Assembly (NCBI GenBank): GCA_964545695.1
Contig: CAZJGZ010000001.1
Location: 13,953-74,686 of the forward strand
Source of the DNA: an uncultured Ectothiorhodospiraceae bacterium
GTDB lineage: Bacteria; Pseudomonadota; Gammaproteobacteria; XJ16; Halofilaceae
Length of the DNA: 60,734 bases
Direction of reading: 5' to 3'
A program made the position numbers and the translations under genes. The notes beneath the pieces were generated by a model. The model was not told where the DNA came from and searched no databases. It worked only from the letters and a program-made list of their open reading frames with translations. This document shows positions 47,107 to 56,585 of the stretch, one piece after another (within the stretch, counting starts at the first letter, position 1; each line of letters begins with the position of its first letter).

Positions 47107-47493
47107 TCAGACAACGAGCGCGATGAGCCAGGTCAGCAGCGTCAGCGCTGCCGTGCCCGCGAGTACGGCATACGAGCCGATGCGGGCCGCTCGCAGGCTG
47201 TAACCATGACCGGCATCCCAGACCAGATGTCGGATGCCGGCACACAGGTGGTAGTACAGCGCGGCCGTGAACAGGAACAGGACCACCTGCCCCGGCCAGC
47301 TCGCAACCACTGCATGAGCCGATTCATAGGCCGCAGCCCCACTCGCCGCGGCAATGAGTACGAAAATCACCAGCGCCGCGCCCAGCGCAAGGACCATGCC
47401 GGTGAGGCGGTGCGTGATCGACAACACCGCATTGAGAGGCAGGCGATAGATCTGCAGATGCGGCGATAGCGGACGGTCACGCTCCACGGACAT
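47107..47493 (-). CDS. sdhC: Succinate dehydrogenase cytochrome b556 subunit
   Basis: RPLSPHLQIY, SITHRLTG, HLCAGIRHLVWD. Confidence 0.96.
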   Translation of the reverse strand: MSVERDRPLSPHLQIYRLPLNAVLSITHRLTGMVLALGAALVIFVLIAAASGAAAYESAHAVVASWPGQVVLFLFTAALYYHLCAGIRHLVWDAGHGYSLRAARIGSYAVLAGTAALTLLTWLIALVV

Positions 47494-47579
47494 GCTGGTT
47501 CATCCCCTAGTAGTTTTCAGCGGCGCGCACTCGGACGGAGCCATAACCGCAATGCATGCGACCATGGATCGGGAATGCG

Positions 47580-47807
47580 TCAGAAGTCGATGCAGCGACC
47601 CTTGCGTTCCCAGTCGCCGTAGCGCGTCGGCTCAGGACCCGGCGGTCCGCCTGTCTCTGCCGATCGACTCGCGCTTTCCCCCACAACTTCGTCACGACCA
47701 TCGGCATCGGTTTCAGGTACAGGCCTGTCGGCGGCAGTATCCTCTGCCTGATCGACTGGATCAGCCCCGTGCACGACATCCGTGGAGTAAGATCTGGGTT
47801 GGCTCAC
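47580..47807 (-). CDS. DUF1674 / SDHAF4 (Sdh8)-like SDH assembly factor
   Basis: C-terminal signature GGPPGPEPTRYGDWERKGRCIDF; start (GTG) uncertain. Confidence 0.88.
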   Translation of the reverse strand: MSQPRSYSTDVVHGADPVDQAEDTAADRPVPETDADGRDEVVGESASRSAETGGPPGPEPTRYGDWERKGRCIDF

Positions 47808-47838
47808 GGACTGTTACCATTCGATGCTGGAAAACCGC

Positions 47839-47867
47839 ATTGTTACGAGTCGGTCGGGCTTTGTCAA
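47839..47867 (-). promoter_or_regulatory. Sigma70-like promoter for DUF1674-sdhCDAB
   Basis: Minus strand TTGACA-N17-AACAAT. Confidence 0.55.
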
Positions 47868-47952
47868 AACGCTTCGCCACGAACATTGCATTGACCAGTA
47901 CAATGCTCTTCACAGCGACATTCTCACGACCTGATCCCCGGCGGAATCCACC

Positions 47953-48960
47953 ATGAACCACGCTACCGACAGCTTGTCATCGGCTTCCCCCCAACACCGG
48001 GAAACCCCGGGCCAACCCGATGGCAAGCACGATGATGGCATTTTCACCTGGCTGACGACGGATGCGGTCATCCATGTTGAAGGGGAAGATGCCGCCGACT
48101 ACCTGCACTCCCAGTTCAGCTCCGACATCCGCAACATGAATCCCGGAGCCAGCCTGCTGACTGCCTACTCCGACCCGCGTGGACGCCTGCTTGCCATCGT
48201 TCGCGTACTGCGTCCTGGCGAAACCGAATTCCTGCTGGTCCTCGACCGTGGCGTGGTGGCAACCATCATCGCGCAACTGCGCAAGTACGCGCTGCGCGCA
48301 CGTGTCACCGTGACCGAATCGACCTGGTCGGTGGCCGGCATAATCGGCCAGGCCGCCGCTGATCGGCTGGCGGCTGACGGCTTGCCCATGGCCACGGCCG
48401 AGACGGAACCGGTGTGGAGTGAAGGTGGCACGGTGAGCCTGCGCCTGCCCGATGAGAAGCCTCGCTGGCTGTTGCTCGGCCCCCGGTCGAGCCTGGCACA
48501 GGGCGCCGCAGTGCTGGAATCGAGCCTGCACGACGACGACGCCCCGGCGTGGCGGCGGCGCGAGATCGAAACCGGCATGCCCCGAATCACGGCGACGACG
48601 AGCAACCGCTTCGTCGCCCAGATGGTCAACCTTGATCGCCTGGGCGCCGTCGACTTCACCAAGGGCTGCTATCCCGGACAGGAAGTCGTGGCCCGCACAC
48701 ACTACCTCGGTCGCATCAAACGCCGGATGTTCATCGTCGACATCTCCGCAGGGGCGCCGCCGGCCGCGGGCGATGGCGTATACAACGCGGATGGTGCCGC
48801 TGTCGGTGAAATCGTCACGGCCGCCGCGGACGGCAGCGCCAGCATTGCCCTGGCTGTACTGCGTCTGGATGCCGCCGCCGGAGAACTTCGCATCGGCACC
48901 GCCGACGGTCCAACGGGTCATGCGCGCGAACCTGCCTACGGGCTGGACCACGCGGTCTGA
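47953..48960 (+). CDS. ygfZ: Folate-binding Fe-S cluster repair protein YgfZ
   Basis: GEDAADYLHSQ, GRLLA, signature KGCYPGQEVVAR. Confidence 0.93.
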   Translation: MNHATDSLSSASPQHRETPGQPDGKHDDGIFTWLTTDAVIHVEGEDAADYLHSQFSSDIRNMNPGASLLTAYSDPRGRLLAIVRVLRPGETEFLLVLDRGVVATIIAQLRKYALRARVTVTESTWSVAGIIGQAAADRLAADGLPMATAETEPVWSEGGTVSLRLPDEKPRWLLLGPRSSLAQGAAVLESSLHDDDAPAWRRREIETGMPRITATTSNRFVAQMVNLDRLGAVDFTKGCYPGQEVVARTHYLGRIKRRMFIVDISAGAPPAAGDGVYNADGAAVGEIVTAAADGSASIALAVLRLDAAAGELRIGTADGPTGHAREPAYGLDHAV

Positions 48961-48961
48961 C

Positions 48962-49267
48962 ATGCGCCGCGTCTATACCGCCGAGAACGTATTCGACGCC
49001 TACATCGTGCGCGACCGGCTGCACGAGCAGCGTATCGAAGCCGTCGTCCAGGGCGAGATGCTGGCGGGCGCGATCGGGGAGCTGCCGCCCGATTCGCGGC
49101 CCAGCGTCTGGATCCGCGAGGACGGCCTCTTTGATGCTGCCCGCAGCGTGGTCGAACACTTCGAGCAGGAGGAAGTCCCCGACTGTGATTGGCGCTGCAG
49201 CCACTGCGGCGAGGACAATGCGGCCACCTTCGGACTCTGCTGGCAATGCAGCCGGCCCCGCGGATGA
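48962..49267 (+). CDS. DUF2007-type protein with C-terminal RanBP2-like zinc finger
   Basis: MRRVYTAEN...L....I...GE.L.GA.GELP, then WRCSHCGEDNAATFGLCWQC; starts 1 nt after ygfZ. Confidence 0.82.
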   Translation: MRRVYTAENVFDAYIVRDRLHEQRIEAVVQGEMLAGAIGELPPDSRPSVWIREDGLFDAARSVVEHFEQEEVPDCDWRCSHCGEDNAATFGLCWQCSRPRG

Positions 49268-49291
49268 CGGCGTAACCAGCCGGAGTCGGCG

Positions 49292-50248
49292 CTACCTGGC
49301 CGTGAATTCCGGGGCTTGCCCGCGAAAGGCTATCAAGCGCGTTTCAAGCGCTGCACCGTCGACGGTGTCACTGTCGAACCAGTGCGCACCCTCGAAGCGG
49401 CGCAACCAGGTGAACTGGCGTTTGGCCAACTGACGCGTGGCAACCACCGCGCGCTCGACCATGCCGGCGTGATCCACCTCGCCAGCCAGATATTGCCAGA
49501 CCTGCCGATACCCCACGGCGCGCATCGACGGCAAATCAGCATCCATGCCCGGACGCGCACGCAGACGCTCTACCTCCTCGACCAGACCGGCCTGCAGCAT
49601 GGCGTGAAACCGCCGCTCGATACGGTCATGCAGCCGCTGCCGGTCTCCGGGCGCCACGCAAAGCTGCAGCGTCGGCGCCGCCAGTGGCTGGCGGTCAGCC
49701 TGCCATTCACTGATCGGCCTGCCGGTCAGGCGCCAGACCTCGAGCGCACGCTGAACCCGTTGCGGATCGTGAGCATGAATGCGCGCTGCTGCCGCCGGGT
49801 CGACTCGCGCCAGCTCCGCGTGCATCGCGGCCAGACCACCGGTCGCCGTTTCCGCCTCCAGTTGTCGCCGCACATCGGGATCAGCGGGCGGCATCGGCGC
49901 GATGCCATCCAGCAGCACCCGGAAATACAGCATCGTCCCGCCAGTCAAGAGCGGAATGCGCCCGCGTTCGTGAATCGCCTCGATGCAGGCCAGGGCATCC
50001 GCGCAAAAGCGGCCGGCGGAATAGTGCTCATCCGGCTCCGCAACATCGATCAGATGATGCGGCACCCGTGCGCGGGCCTCCGCGGAAGGCTTGGCGGTAC
50101 CGATGTCGAGCCCGCGGTACACCAGCGCCGAGTCGACACTGACGATTTCCAGCGGCAGGCGTTCCGCCAGCGTCAGCGCCAGCTCGGTCTTGCCCGACGC
50201 AGTCGGTCCCATGAGCAGGACCACCGGCCCGGTGGCGCCACCACTCAT
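49292..50248 (-). CDS. miaA: tRNA dimethylallyltransferase
   Basis: GPTASGKT, VDSALVYRGLDIGTAKP, GGTMLY, RAVGYRQ, TRQLAKRQ.TW. Confidence 0.97.
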   Translation of the reverse strand: MSGGATGPVVLLMGPTASGKTELALTLAERLPLEIVSVDSALVYRGLDIGTAKPSAEARARVPHHLIDVAEPDEHYSAGRFCADALACIEAIHERGRIPLLTGGTMLYFRVLLDGIAPMPPADPDVRRQLEAETATGGLAAMHAELARVDPAAAARIHAHDPQRVQRALEVWRLTGRPISEWQADRQPLAAPTLQLCVAPGDRQRLHDRIERRFHAMLQAGLVEEVERLRARPGMDADLPSMRAVGYRQVWQYLAGEVDHAGMVERAVVATRQLAKRQFTWLRRFEGAHWFDSDTVDGAALETRLIAFRGQAPEFTAR

Positions 50249-52041
50249 CGGCCGCGCAGAAACAGGCGGTCGAGGTCGCTCATTCCCAGCTGCACCCACG
50301 TCGGGCGGCCATGATTGCACTGGTCACTCCGCTCCGTGCGCTCCATGGCACGCAGCAGCGCATTCATTTCGTCGAGCGTCAAGCGCCGGCCCGCGCGGAC
50401 CGACCCATGGCACGCCATGGTGGACAGTACCTCGTTGCGGGCCTCGGTCGCACGGCTGCTCGTGCCGTCAGCGGCAACGTCGGCCAGTAGGTCGCGAACC
50501 AGCGCGACCGTGTCGGCGTCAGCCAGCAGGGCCGGAACCTGGCGGATCGTCAACCGTTCCGGCCCGCTGCGATCGAGCTCGAAACCGAGTTCGCCAAACC
50601 ACTCGGCGTGGGCCTCGGCCAGCTCCGCTTCCTCGCGCCGAACACTCAGGCTCTCCGGCACGAGCAGCGGCTGGGCTTCGACCGGGCCGGCATCGTGCGC
50701 CGTTTTCAGGCGTTCGTAGGTGATCCGTTCATGGGCCGCGTGCATATCGACCAATACCAGTCCCTGATCGTTCTCGGCCACAATGTAGACATCATGGATC
50801 TGCGCGCGGGCCTGCCCCAATGGCTGATCCACTGGAGCACGTTCCCGTGCCTGCCCGGGGGCACTCGTCGTGGAGGTCGACAGGGCTGCATAGGCCGCCA
50901 TGGATTCCTGCGCGGACAGGCCGAAGCTGTGCTGGCGCGGGATGCCACCACCCGTTGCAGCTGGTCGTGGAGTCCGCGATTCCGGTCGCGGTGAGGTTGC
51001 CCCGACCAGTGCTTCGGCCGTCGCCGGCGCCGGTCGGTCCGCGTCGGCGTCGCCGGCGCGTGGCCGGGCAATGGCCGTACTCAGCGTCCGCCGCAGGAAA
51101 TCGTGAACCTCGCGGCTGTCGCGAAAGCGGACTTCATTCTTGGTCGGATGCACATTGACGTCGACCTGCCGCGGGTCGACCTGCAGATAGAGTGCAAAGG
51201 CCGGATGCCGGCCGTGATAGAGCGTGTCGGCATAGCCCTGACGCACGGCATGGCTGACCACCCGATCACGGATGGCGCGGCCGTTGACATAGAACTCCTG
51301 CATATCGGCCTGGCTGCGGGCAAAGGTCGGTTGCGCGATCCAGCCGGCGAGCGCGAGTCCGCAGCTGGCGTGTTCCACTTCCAGCGCGTGGGCAATGAAA
51401 TCCTCGCCGTAGATGGCGCCAAGGCGTGCCTCCTGTTCAGCCGCGGTTTCCGCGCGTGGCCAGACACCGACCTCGCGCCCGTTGTGATGGAGACGGAACT
51501 CGACGTCGAAGCGCGCGAGCGCCAGCCGGCGCACGATGCGCTCGACATGGCCGAACTCGGTCCGATCAGTCCGCAGGAAGCGTCGGCGCGCCGGCGTGCT
51601 GTGGAACAGATCGCGGACTTCCACCGTCGTGCCCCGCGGATGGGCGGCGGGGGCTATGGTGCCGTCGGCCTCCAGCACCGCAGCCTGATCGTCCCCGCTA
51701 CGTGCAGAAATCACGCGCATGTGCGCCACGGAGGAGATACTGGGCAGGGCCTCACCGCGGAAGCCGAGGCTGCTGACCTCTTCCAGGTCGTCAAGCGAGC
51801 GGATCTTGCTCGTGGCGTGACGCAGAACGGCGCGCGGCAGTTCGTCCGCGCCCATGCCCAGGCCGTTATCGCGCACCTGTATCAGACGTCTTCCGCCCTG
51901 CTCGATATGGATATCGATCCGCGTGGCGCGCGCATCCAGACTGTTCTCGACCAGCTCCTTGACGACCGATGCGGGCCGCTCGACCACCTCACCGGCAGCA
52001 ATCTGGTTGATCAGGACTTCGGGGAGCTGCTCGATATGCAC
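50245..52041 (-). CDS. mutL: DNA mismatch repair protein MutL
   Basis: NQIAAGEVVERP, KELVENSLDA, GFRGEAL, DVNVHP; endonuclease motifs DMHAAHER, ACH, CNHGRPT. Confidence 0.98.
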   Translation of the reverse strand: MHIEQLPEVLINQIAAGEVVERPASVVKELVENSLDARATRIDIHIEQGGRRLIQVRDNGLGMGADELPRAVLRHATSKIRSLDDLEEVSSLGFRGEALPSISSVAHMRVISARSGDDQAAVLEADGTIAPAAHPRGTTVEVRDLFHSTPARRRFLRTDRTEFGHVERIVRRLALARFDVEFRLHHNGREVGVWPRAETAAEQEARLGAIYGEDFIAHALEVEHASCGLALAGWIAQPTFARSQADMQEFYVNGRAIRDRVVSHAVRQGYADTLYHGRHPAFALYLQVDPRQVDVNVHPTKNEVRFRDSREVHDFLRRTLSTAIARPRAGDADADRPAPATAEALVGATSPRPESRTPRPAATGGGIPRQHSFGLSAQESMAAYAALSTSTTSAPGQARERAPVDQPLGQARAQIHDVYIVAENDQGLVLVDMHAAHERITYERLKTAHDAGPVEAQPLLVPESLSVRREEAELAEAHAEWFGELGFELDRSGPERLTIRQVPALLADADTVALVRDLLADVAADGTSSRATEARNEVLSTMACHGSVRAGRRLTLDEMNALLRAMERTERSDQCNHGRPTWVQLGMSDLDRLFLRGR

Positions 52042-52120
52042 TGCGGCCTCCAAGCTCGCTGGCAGGCCGGTATTATCCCGCGCCCATGGTGGTGCGGGGA
52101 AGTCTGATCAGGCGGGGGCT

Positions 52121-53341
52121 TCAGCCGATGCGCGCGCGACGCCGCTCGGAGATGACGGTACCGGGCGGTGCCTTGCGCTCGAAATAATGCTCGGCCCCGA
52201 GGCGGATGGCGCGGGCGAGATTGGCCTGATGGGTCGCATCACGAAGGTTGCGCTCTTCTTCCGGATTGGAGATGAACGCCGTCTCCACCAGCAGCGAGGG
52301 GACATCGGGCGACTTCAGTACCACGAAACCGGCCTGCTGCACCGAACTGGAATGCAGTCGATTGACATTACCGAGACGGCCCAGGATCTCCTCGCCCACG
52401 TCGAGGCTGGATTCGATCGACGCGGTCTGTGACAGATCCAGCAGCACGGAGGCGACCTCCTCGTCCCGATGCTCCATCGAGATACCACCGATGAAATCCG
52501 CCGAATTCTCCCGGCTCGCCATCCAGCGCGCAGCCTCGGAACTGGCACCGGTGGTGGACAGCGCGAACACGGAAGAACCGCGGGCACGCTGATCATGGAA
52601 GGCGTCCGCGTGGATCGACAGGAACAGATCGGCGTCACTGTCGCGAGCGAACTTGACTCGATCCCGCAGACTCAGGAAGCGATCATCGCGACGGGCGATC
52701 ACCGGCTTGAATCCCTCGGTACGCTCGAACTCACTGAACAGCCGCTCCGATACCTGCAGGGCGATGGTTTTCTCCATCGTCCCGCTCGGGCCAATCGCAC
52801 CCGGATCACGACCGCCATGGCCCGGATCGATCGCGATGATCAGATCGCGCGCCTGTTGTTCATCCTTCTGGATTTCGGCAATCGACGCCGGCCCGTCACC
52901 AATATCGATATCGACCACGAGCCGATAGCCGCGGCCGTCGGAGGGCTCGAGCATGAAACTGCGGGGCCGGCCCGCCCGCTCCAAGTCGAGTACCACGCGA
53001 AGATCACCATCACTGCGACGTGCGCTGCGGATGCGCTTGATCAGGCCGCCGCCGGCTCGACTGGATGGCAGGACATCGCCCGGATCGGTATCGGCCAGAT
53101 CAATCACGATGCGATCGGGGTCGGACAGCGTGAACAGCGAGTGCTCGACCCGATCACCGAGGTCGAACACGAGTCGTGTCTGGTCGTTGCTGGCGGACAT
53201 GCGGACGTTCTCGACCAGGGTCCGGCTCGCCGCGAAAGCGGCCGGCAGACCGGGCAACAGCCAGCCTGCGCTGACTCCGGCCATGGCCCCGAGGAATCGC
53301 CTGCGCTGCTGATCACTGATCGGTCGGTCGTTTCGGCTCAC
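52121..53341 (-). CDS. N-acetylmuramoyl-L-alanine amidase (Tat signal + AMIN + Amidase_3; AmiC-like)
   Basis: QRRRFLG twin-arginine signal, TRLVFDL/RIVID AMIN repeats, IDPGHGG.DPGA, SIHAD, LVETAFISN. Confidence 0.93.
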   Translation of the reverse strand: MSRNDRPISDQQRRRFLGAMAGVSAGWLLPGLPAAFAASRTLVENVRMSASNDQTRLVFDLGDRVEHSLFTLSDPDRIVIDLADTDPGDVLPSSRAGGGLIKRIRSARRSDGDLRVVLDLERAGRPRSFMLEPSDGRGYRLVVDIDIGDGPASIAEIQKDEQQARDLIIAIDPGHGGRDPGAIGPSGTMEKTIALQVSERLFSEFERTEGFKPVIARRDDRFLSLRDRVKFARDSDADLFLSIHADAFHDQRARGSSVFALSTTGASSEAARWMASRENSADFIGGISMEHRDEEVASVLLDLSQTASIESSLDVGEEILGRLGNVNRLHSSSVQQAGFVVLKSPDVPSLLVETAFISNPEEERNLRDATHQANLARAIRLGAEHYFERKAPPGTVISERRRARIG

Positions 53342-53401
53342 CGTAACTCCCCATGATCTCGCCCTTCCCCACCAACGTAGTCACGCTGGCGCGCGACCCT
53401 C

Positions 53402-53429
53402 AGTGTGCGCATTTTTGCCCCGAGGTCAA
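53402..53429 (-). promoter_or_regulatory. Possible internal promoter for the amidase gene
   Basis: Minus strand TTGACC-N16-CACACT with an A-tract upstream, in an AT-rich gap. Confidence 0.35.
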
Positions 53430-53532
53430 GTATTTTTTCAGTATATAGAGGAGGATACGGCCGAGACCTGAACCCAGACTCAAGATTGCCAGCGCCATGA
53501 GGCGGGGTCATCGGAACCGGATCGGGATCATG

Positions 53533-53549
53533 GCGACAATATTTGTCGC
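53533..53549. repeat. Palindrome GCGACAA-N3-TTGTCGC, copy 2
   Basis: GCGACAA-tat-TTGTCGC, 19 nt downstream of the tsaE stop. Confidence 0.6.
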
Positions 53550-53568
53550 TCGGGCCGGACACCGCGAA

Positions 53569-54006
53569 TCATGTCGTATCCACGCCGACGACAGCGGGCA
53601 AACCGGCGATGATCCGCCCGCTGCCGCTGAATTTCAGCGTCAGCGCCCAGTCCGGGCTCGGCAAGCGATCGCCGCCGCGCTCGGGCCATTCGATCAGCCA
53701 CAGCGCGTCTTCAGCGGCCAGATCGCGCACGCCGATGAACTCGAGCTCCTCCGGATCGGCGAGTCGGTACAGATCCATGTGATGCACCGTGACGGCCGGC
53801 AGGCGGTAGGTCTCGATCAGCGTATAGGTGGGACTGCGCACCACGCCCTCGTGACCGAGGCCATGCAGCCAGGCCCGCGCCAGGCTCGTCTTGCCCGCGC
53901 CCAGGTCACCAGACAGCGTGACGACCAGAGGCGCCCGCGTCACACCGGCGAGTTCGCGCCCGAGGGCGCGCGTCGCCGCCTCGTCGACCAGGTGACGTTC
54001 ACCCAC
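53569..54006 (-). CDS. tsaE: t6A biosynthesis ATPase TsaE
   Basis: LSGDLGAGKT, VRSPTYTL, HMDLYRL, IEWP. Confidence 0.96.
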   Translation of the reverse strand: MGERHLVDEAATRALGRELAGVTRAPLVVTLSGDLGAGKTSLARAWLHGLGHEGVVRSPTYTLIETYRLPAVTVHHMDLYRLADPEELEFIGVRDLAAEDALWLIEWPERGGDRLPSPDWALTLKFSGSGRIIAGLPAVVGVDTT

Positions 54007-55525
54007 CCACCACCTCGCGCACCAGGTCTCGGATCGGCGCCATCAGATCGGTGGCAAGCATGCCGCGATCGCCCCCGGCAGCCGCCACCAGTCCGGCGCG
54101 GGCATGAATCCATGCGCCGAGGCGCGCAGCCTCCCCCGGGGGACAACCCTGCGCCAGCAGCCCCCCGACAAGGCCGGCCAGTACGTCGCCGGTGCCGCCG
54201 GTGGCCATCGCCGGGTTGGCGACATCAATCAGCGTGCTCCGCCCCGCTGGATCACCCACCAGTGTCCCCGCGCCCTTGAGCACGACCGCCGACTTGTAAC
54301 GCGCGACCAGATCATCCAGCGCCGCAAACCGATCGCATTCCACCTCGGCCGCACTTCGCGCCAGCAGGCGCCCAGCCTCGCCGGGATGGGGCGTCAGCAC
54401 CGCTGCCGCGGGCACCGAGGCGGCACTTGCGGCCAGGCCATTGAGCCCATCGGCATCCACCACGCCGGCGGCGGGCCCATGCGCCAGCGTCGCGGCCAGC
54501 ATGGCTTGCGCCCAATGGTCGTGACCCAGCCCCGGCCCGAGGACGAAGGCATCGGCATCGGCCAGCAGCGTCGGTAGTTCGCGGCCCGGCTCGGCGACAC
54601 CCCGAACCATGAGCTCGGGCCGCCGTGCGGCCACGCGATCCACCGCTTGCGGATGGGTCGCCACCACCACCAATCCGGCTCCCGCGCGCAGCGCCGCCTC
54701 ACCGGCGAGCGCAGCGGCTCCTGCCATGGCCGCATGGCCACCGATGATGACCAGGCGCCCGGCGGTACCCTTGTGGGCCGTTGGCGGGCGCGGTGCAAGG
54801 CGCTGCCAGTCGAGCCCGGCAGGCCCGGCCGGCGCATGCTCGACCCAGGGCTCCAGCCCGGCATGGATCGCATCGGGCGTGGCCAGGTCCGCGAGCACGA
54901 CGCGCCCGGTCATCGCCGGCGCCGCCCCGGTGTAAAGGCCGCGCTTGCGGGCGATGAAGGTAATGGTCTCATCCGCACGGATCGCGCTACCGAGAACGGC
55001 GCCGGAGTCCGCGGCAAGGCCGGAGGGAATATCGAGCGCGAGCACCGGGCACGCCGTCGCGTTGACCTGCTCGATCAGGCGTCTAACAACCCCGGTTACG
55101 GGTCGGTCCAGGCCGGTACCCAGCAGGGCGTCGACCACGACATCGGCCGCCAGATCACCATCGGCGACCTCCCCCGCCTGCTCGGTAACCGTGTCACCGC
55201 CGACGGCGGCAAAATCGCGCCACGCGAGCGCGGCCGATCCAGTCAGCTCAGCGGGTTCACGCGTCAGCAGCACCCGCACCAGCAGGCCGGCGGACCGCGC
55301 CAGCCGTGCCACAACCAGACCATCACCGCCATTGTTGCCACCGCCACAGACGATGACCAGACGCACGGCCCCGGGCCACCGTTCCCGGAGGAGCCGAAAA
55401 GCGGCGTCACCGGCTGCCTGCATCAATGCATAGCCGTCGATGCCGTGATCCTCGATCGCACGGCGATCGAGCTCGCGTACACCAGCCGCGGTATACAGAC
55501 GGCCAGCCAGCGCCATTGAAGCCAT
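53999..55525 (-). CDS. nnr: Bifunctional NAD(P)HX epimerase/dehydratase
   Basis: GGGNNGGDG, DALLGTG, DIPSG, HKG, GPGLG, DADG, TPHPGEA, LKGAGT, GGTGDVL; start 55525 or 55516. Confidence 0.95.
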   Translation of the reverse strand: MASMALAGRLYTAAGVRELDRRAIEDHGIDGYALMQAAGDAAFRLLRERWPGAVRLVIVCGGGNNGGDGLVVARLARSAGLLVRVLLTREPAELTGSAALAWRDFAAVGGDTVTEQAGEVADGDLAADVVVDALLGTGLDRPVTGVVRRLIEQVNATACPVLALDIPSGLAADSGAVLGSAIRADETITFIARKRGLYTGAAPAMTGRVVLADLATPDAIHAGLEPWVEHAPAGPAGLDWQRLAPRPPTAHKGTAGRLVIIGGHAAMAGAAALAGEAALRAGAGLVVVATHPQAVDRVAARRPELMVRGVAEPGRELPTLLADADAFVLGPGLGHDHWAQAMLAATLAHGPAAGVVDADGLNGLAASAASVPAAAVLTPHPGEAGRLLARSAAEVECDRFAALDDLVARYKSAVVLKGAGTLVGDPAGRSTLIDVANPAMATGGTGDVLAGLVGGLLAQGCPPGEAARLGAWIHARAGLVAAAGGDRGMLATDLMAPIRDLVREVVGG

Positions 55526-55601
55526 CCCCGTCCCCCTTGTCACCGCCACAGGCTCATGTCCGCCAGCCTCCCAAGCGCAATCGGAGCAGGCAGCGCCCGG
55601 C

Positions 55602-56579
55602 TCAGCGGAAACCGGGCTCGATGTAGCCGCGCAAGCCGCTGGCAACACCAGCACCCATGCGCTGCGTCAGCCGTTCGAGGAGCGGAGGCCGACGGGTGAA
55701 ATCACGCAGGTTGTCGTTCTCGATGACGTCACGGGCCACCTGCCCCGTACTGCCAATACCGTCCGCAAGGCCACGTTCGATCGCCCCATTGCCGGTCCAT
55801 ACCAGTCCGGAGAACAATTCATCCGGATCGCCGTTCAATCGATCGCCACGACCTGCCTCTACGGCGCCGATGAACTGCTGGTGGATCTCGTCGATCAGGC
55901 CACGCATGTGTGCAATCTGGCCCTCGTCTTCCGGCTGGAACGGATCCAGCAATGCCTTGTCATCGCCGGAGGCGTAGACGCGCCGCTCAACGCCGATTCG
56001 CTCGATGGCCTCGTCGAAGCCGAAGCCGCCGAAAATCACACCGATGGAACCGACGATGCTGGCCGGATTGACGTAGATCTCGTCCGCCGCCGATGCAATG
56101 TAATAGGCGCCGGAGGCCATGATATCCCCACCGACCGCGTAGACGGGAATGTCCTCATGCTCCTCGCGCAGCCGCATGATCTCGTTATAGATCTGGTCCG
56201 ACTGCACGGGGCTGCCACCGGGGCTGTTGATGCGGAGAATCACCGCCTCGGTCTCCTCGTGCTCGAAGGCGCGGCGCAGCCCGGTGGCCACGCGGTCGGC
56301 ATCGACATCGCCGCCACGCACAATCATGCCCTCCATGTCGATGAGACCGACGTGTGGCCCCGGAGCCTGCTCGCGCGATCCGAACAGCGGGTCCACGTTG
56401 ACAACGACGAAAAGGAACAGAAAGACGTAGAAAAGCGCGAGAGATTTGAACAGGATGCCCCACCGCCGCGACCGCCGCTGTTCGGCAAGCGCCGCCGTGG
56501 CCAGTCGCGAGATGGCCTCGCGCTCCCATTGCCCCGGCGAACCGGAAGCCGCTGCGGATTGACCCTGCTGTTCATTCAT
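55602..56579 (-). CDS. S49 family peptidase (SppA-like)
   Basis: N-terminal TM segment, RINSPGGS, ASGAYYIA, GSIGV. Confidence 0.92.
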   Translation of the reverse strand: MNEQQGQSAAASGSPGQWEREAISRLATAALAEQRRSRRWGILFKSLALFYVFLFLFVVVNVDPLFGSREQAPGPHVGLIDMEGMIVRGGDVDADRVATGLRRAFEHEETEAVILRINSPGGSPVQSDQIYNEIMRLREEHEDIPVYAVGGDIMASGAYYIASAADEIYVNPASIVGSIGVIFGGFGFDEAIERIGVERRVYASGDDKALLDPFQPEDEGQIAHMRGLIDEIHQQFIGAVEAGRGDRLNGDPDELFSGLVWTGNGAIERGLADGIGSTGQVARDVIENDNLRDFTRRPPLLERLTQRMGAGVASGLRGYIEPGFR

Positions 56580-56585
56580 CGGAAT

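Noticed and set aside
47888-47906. FNR-like box (GCATTG-N7-CAATGC) in the sdh/ygfZ promoter
   Set aside because: Spacing does not fit TTGAT-N4-ATCAA; the short palindrome may just reflect a TACAAT -10 element.
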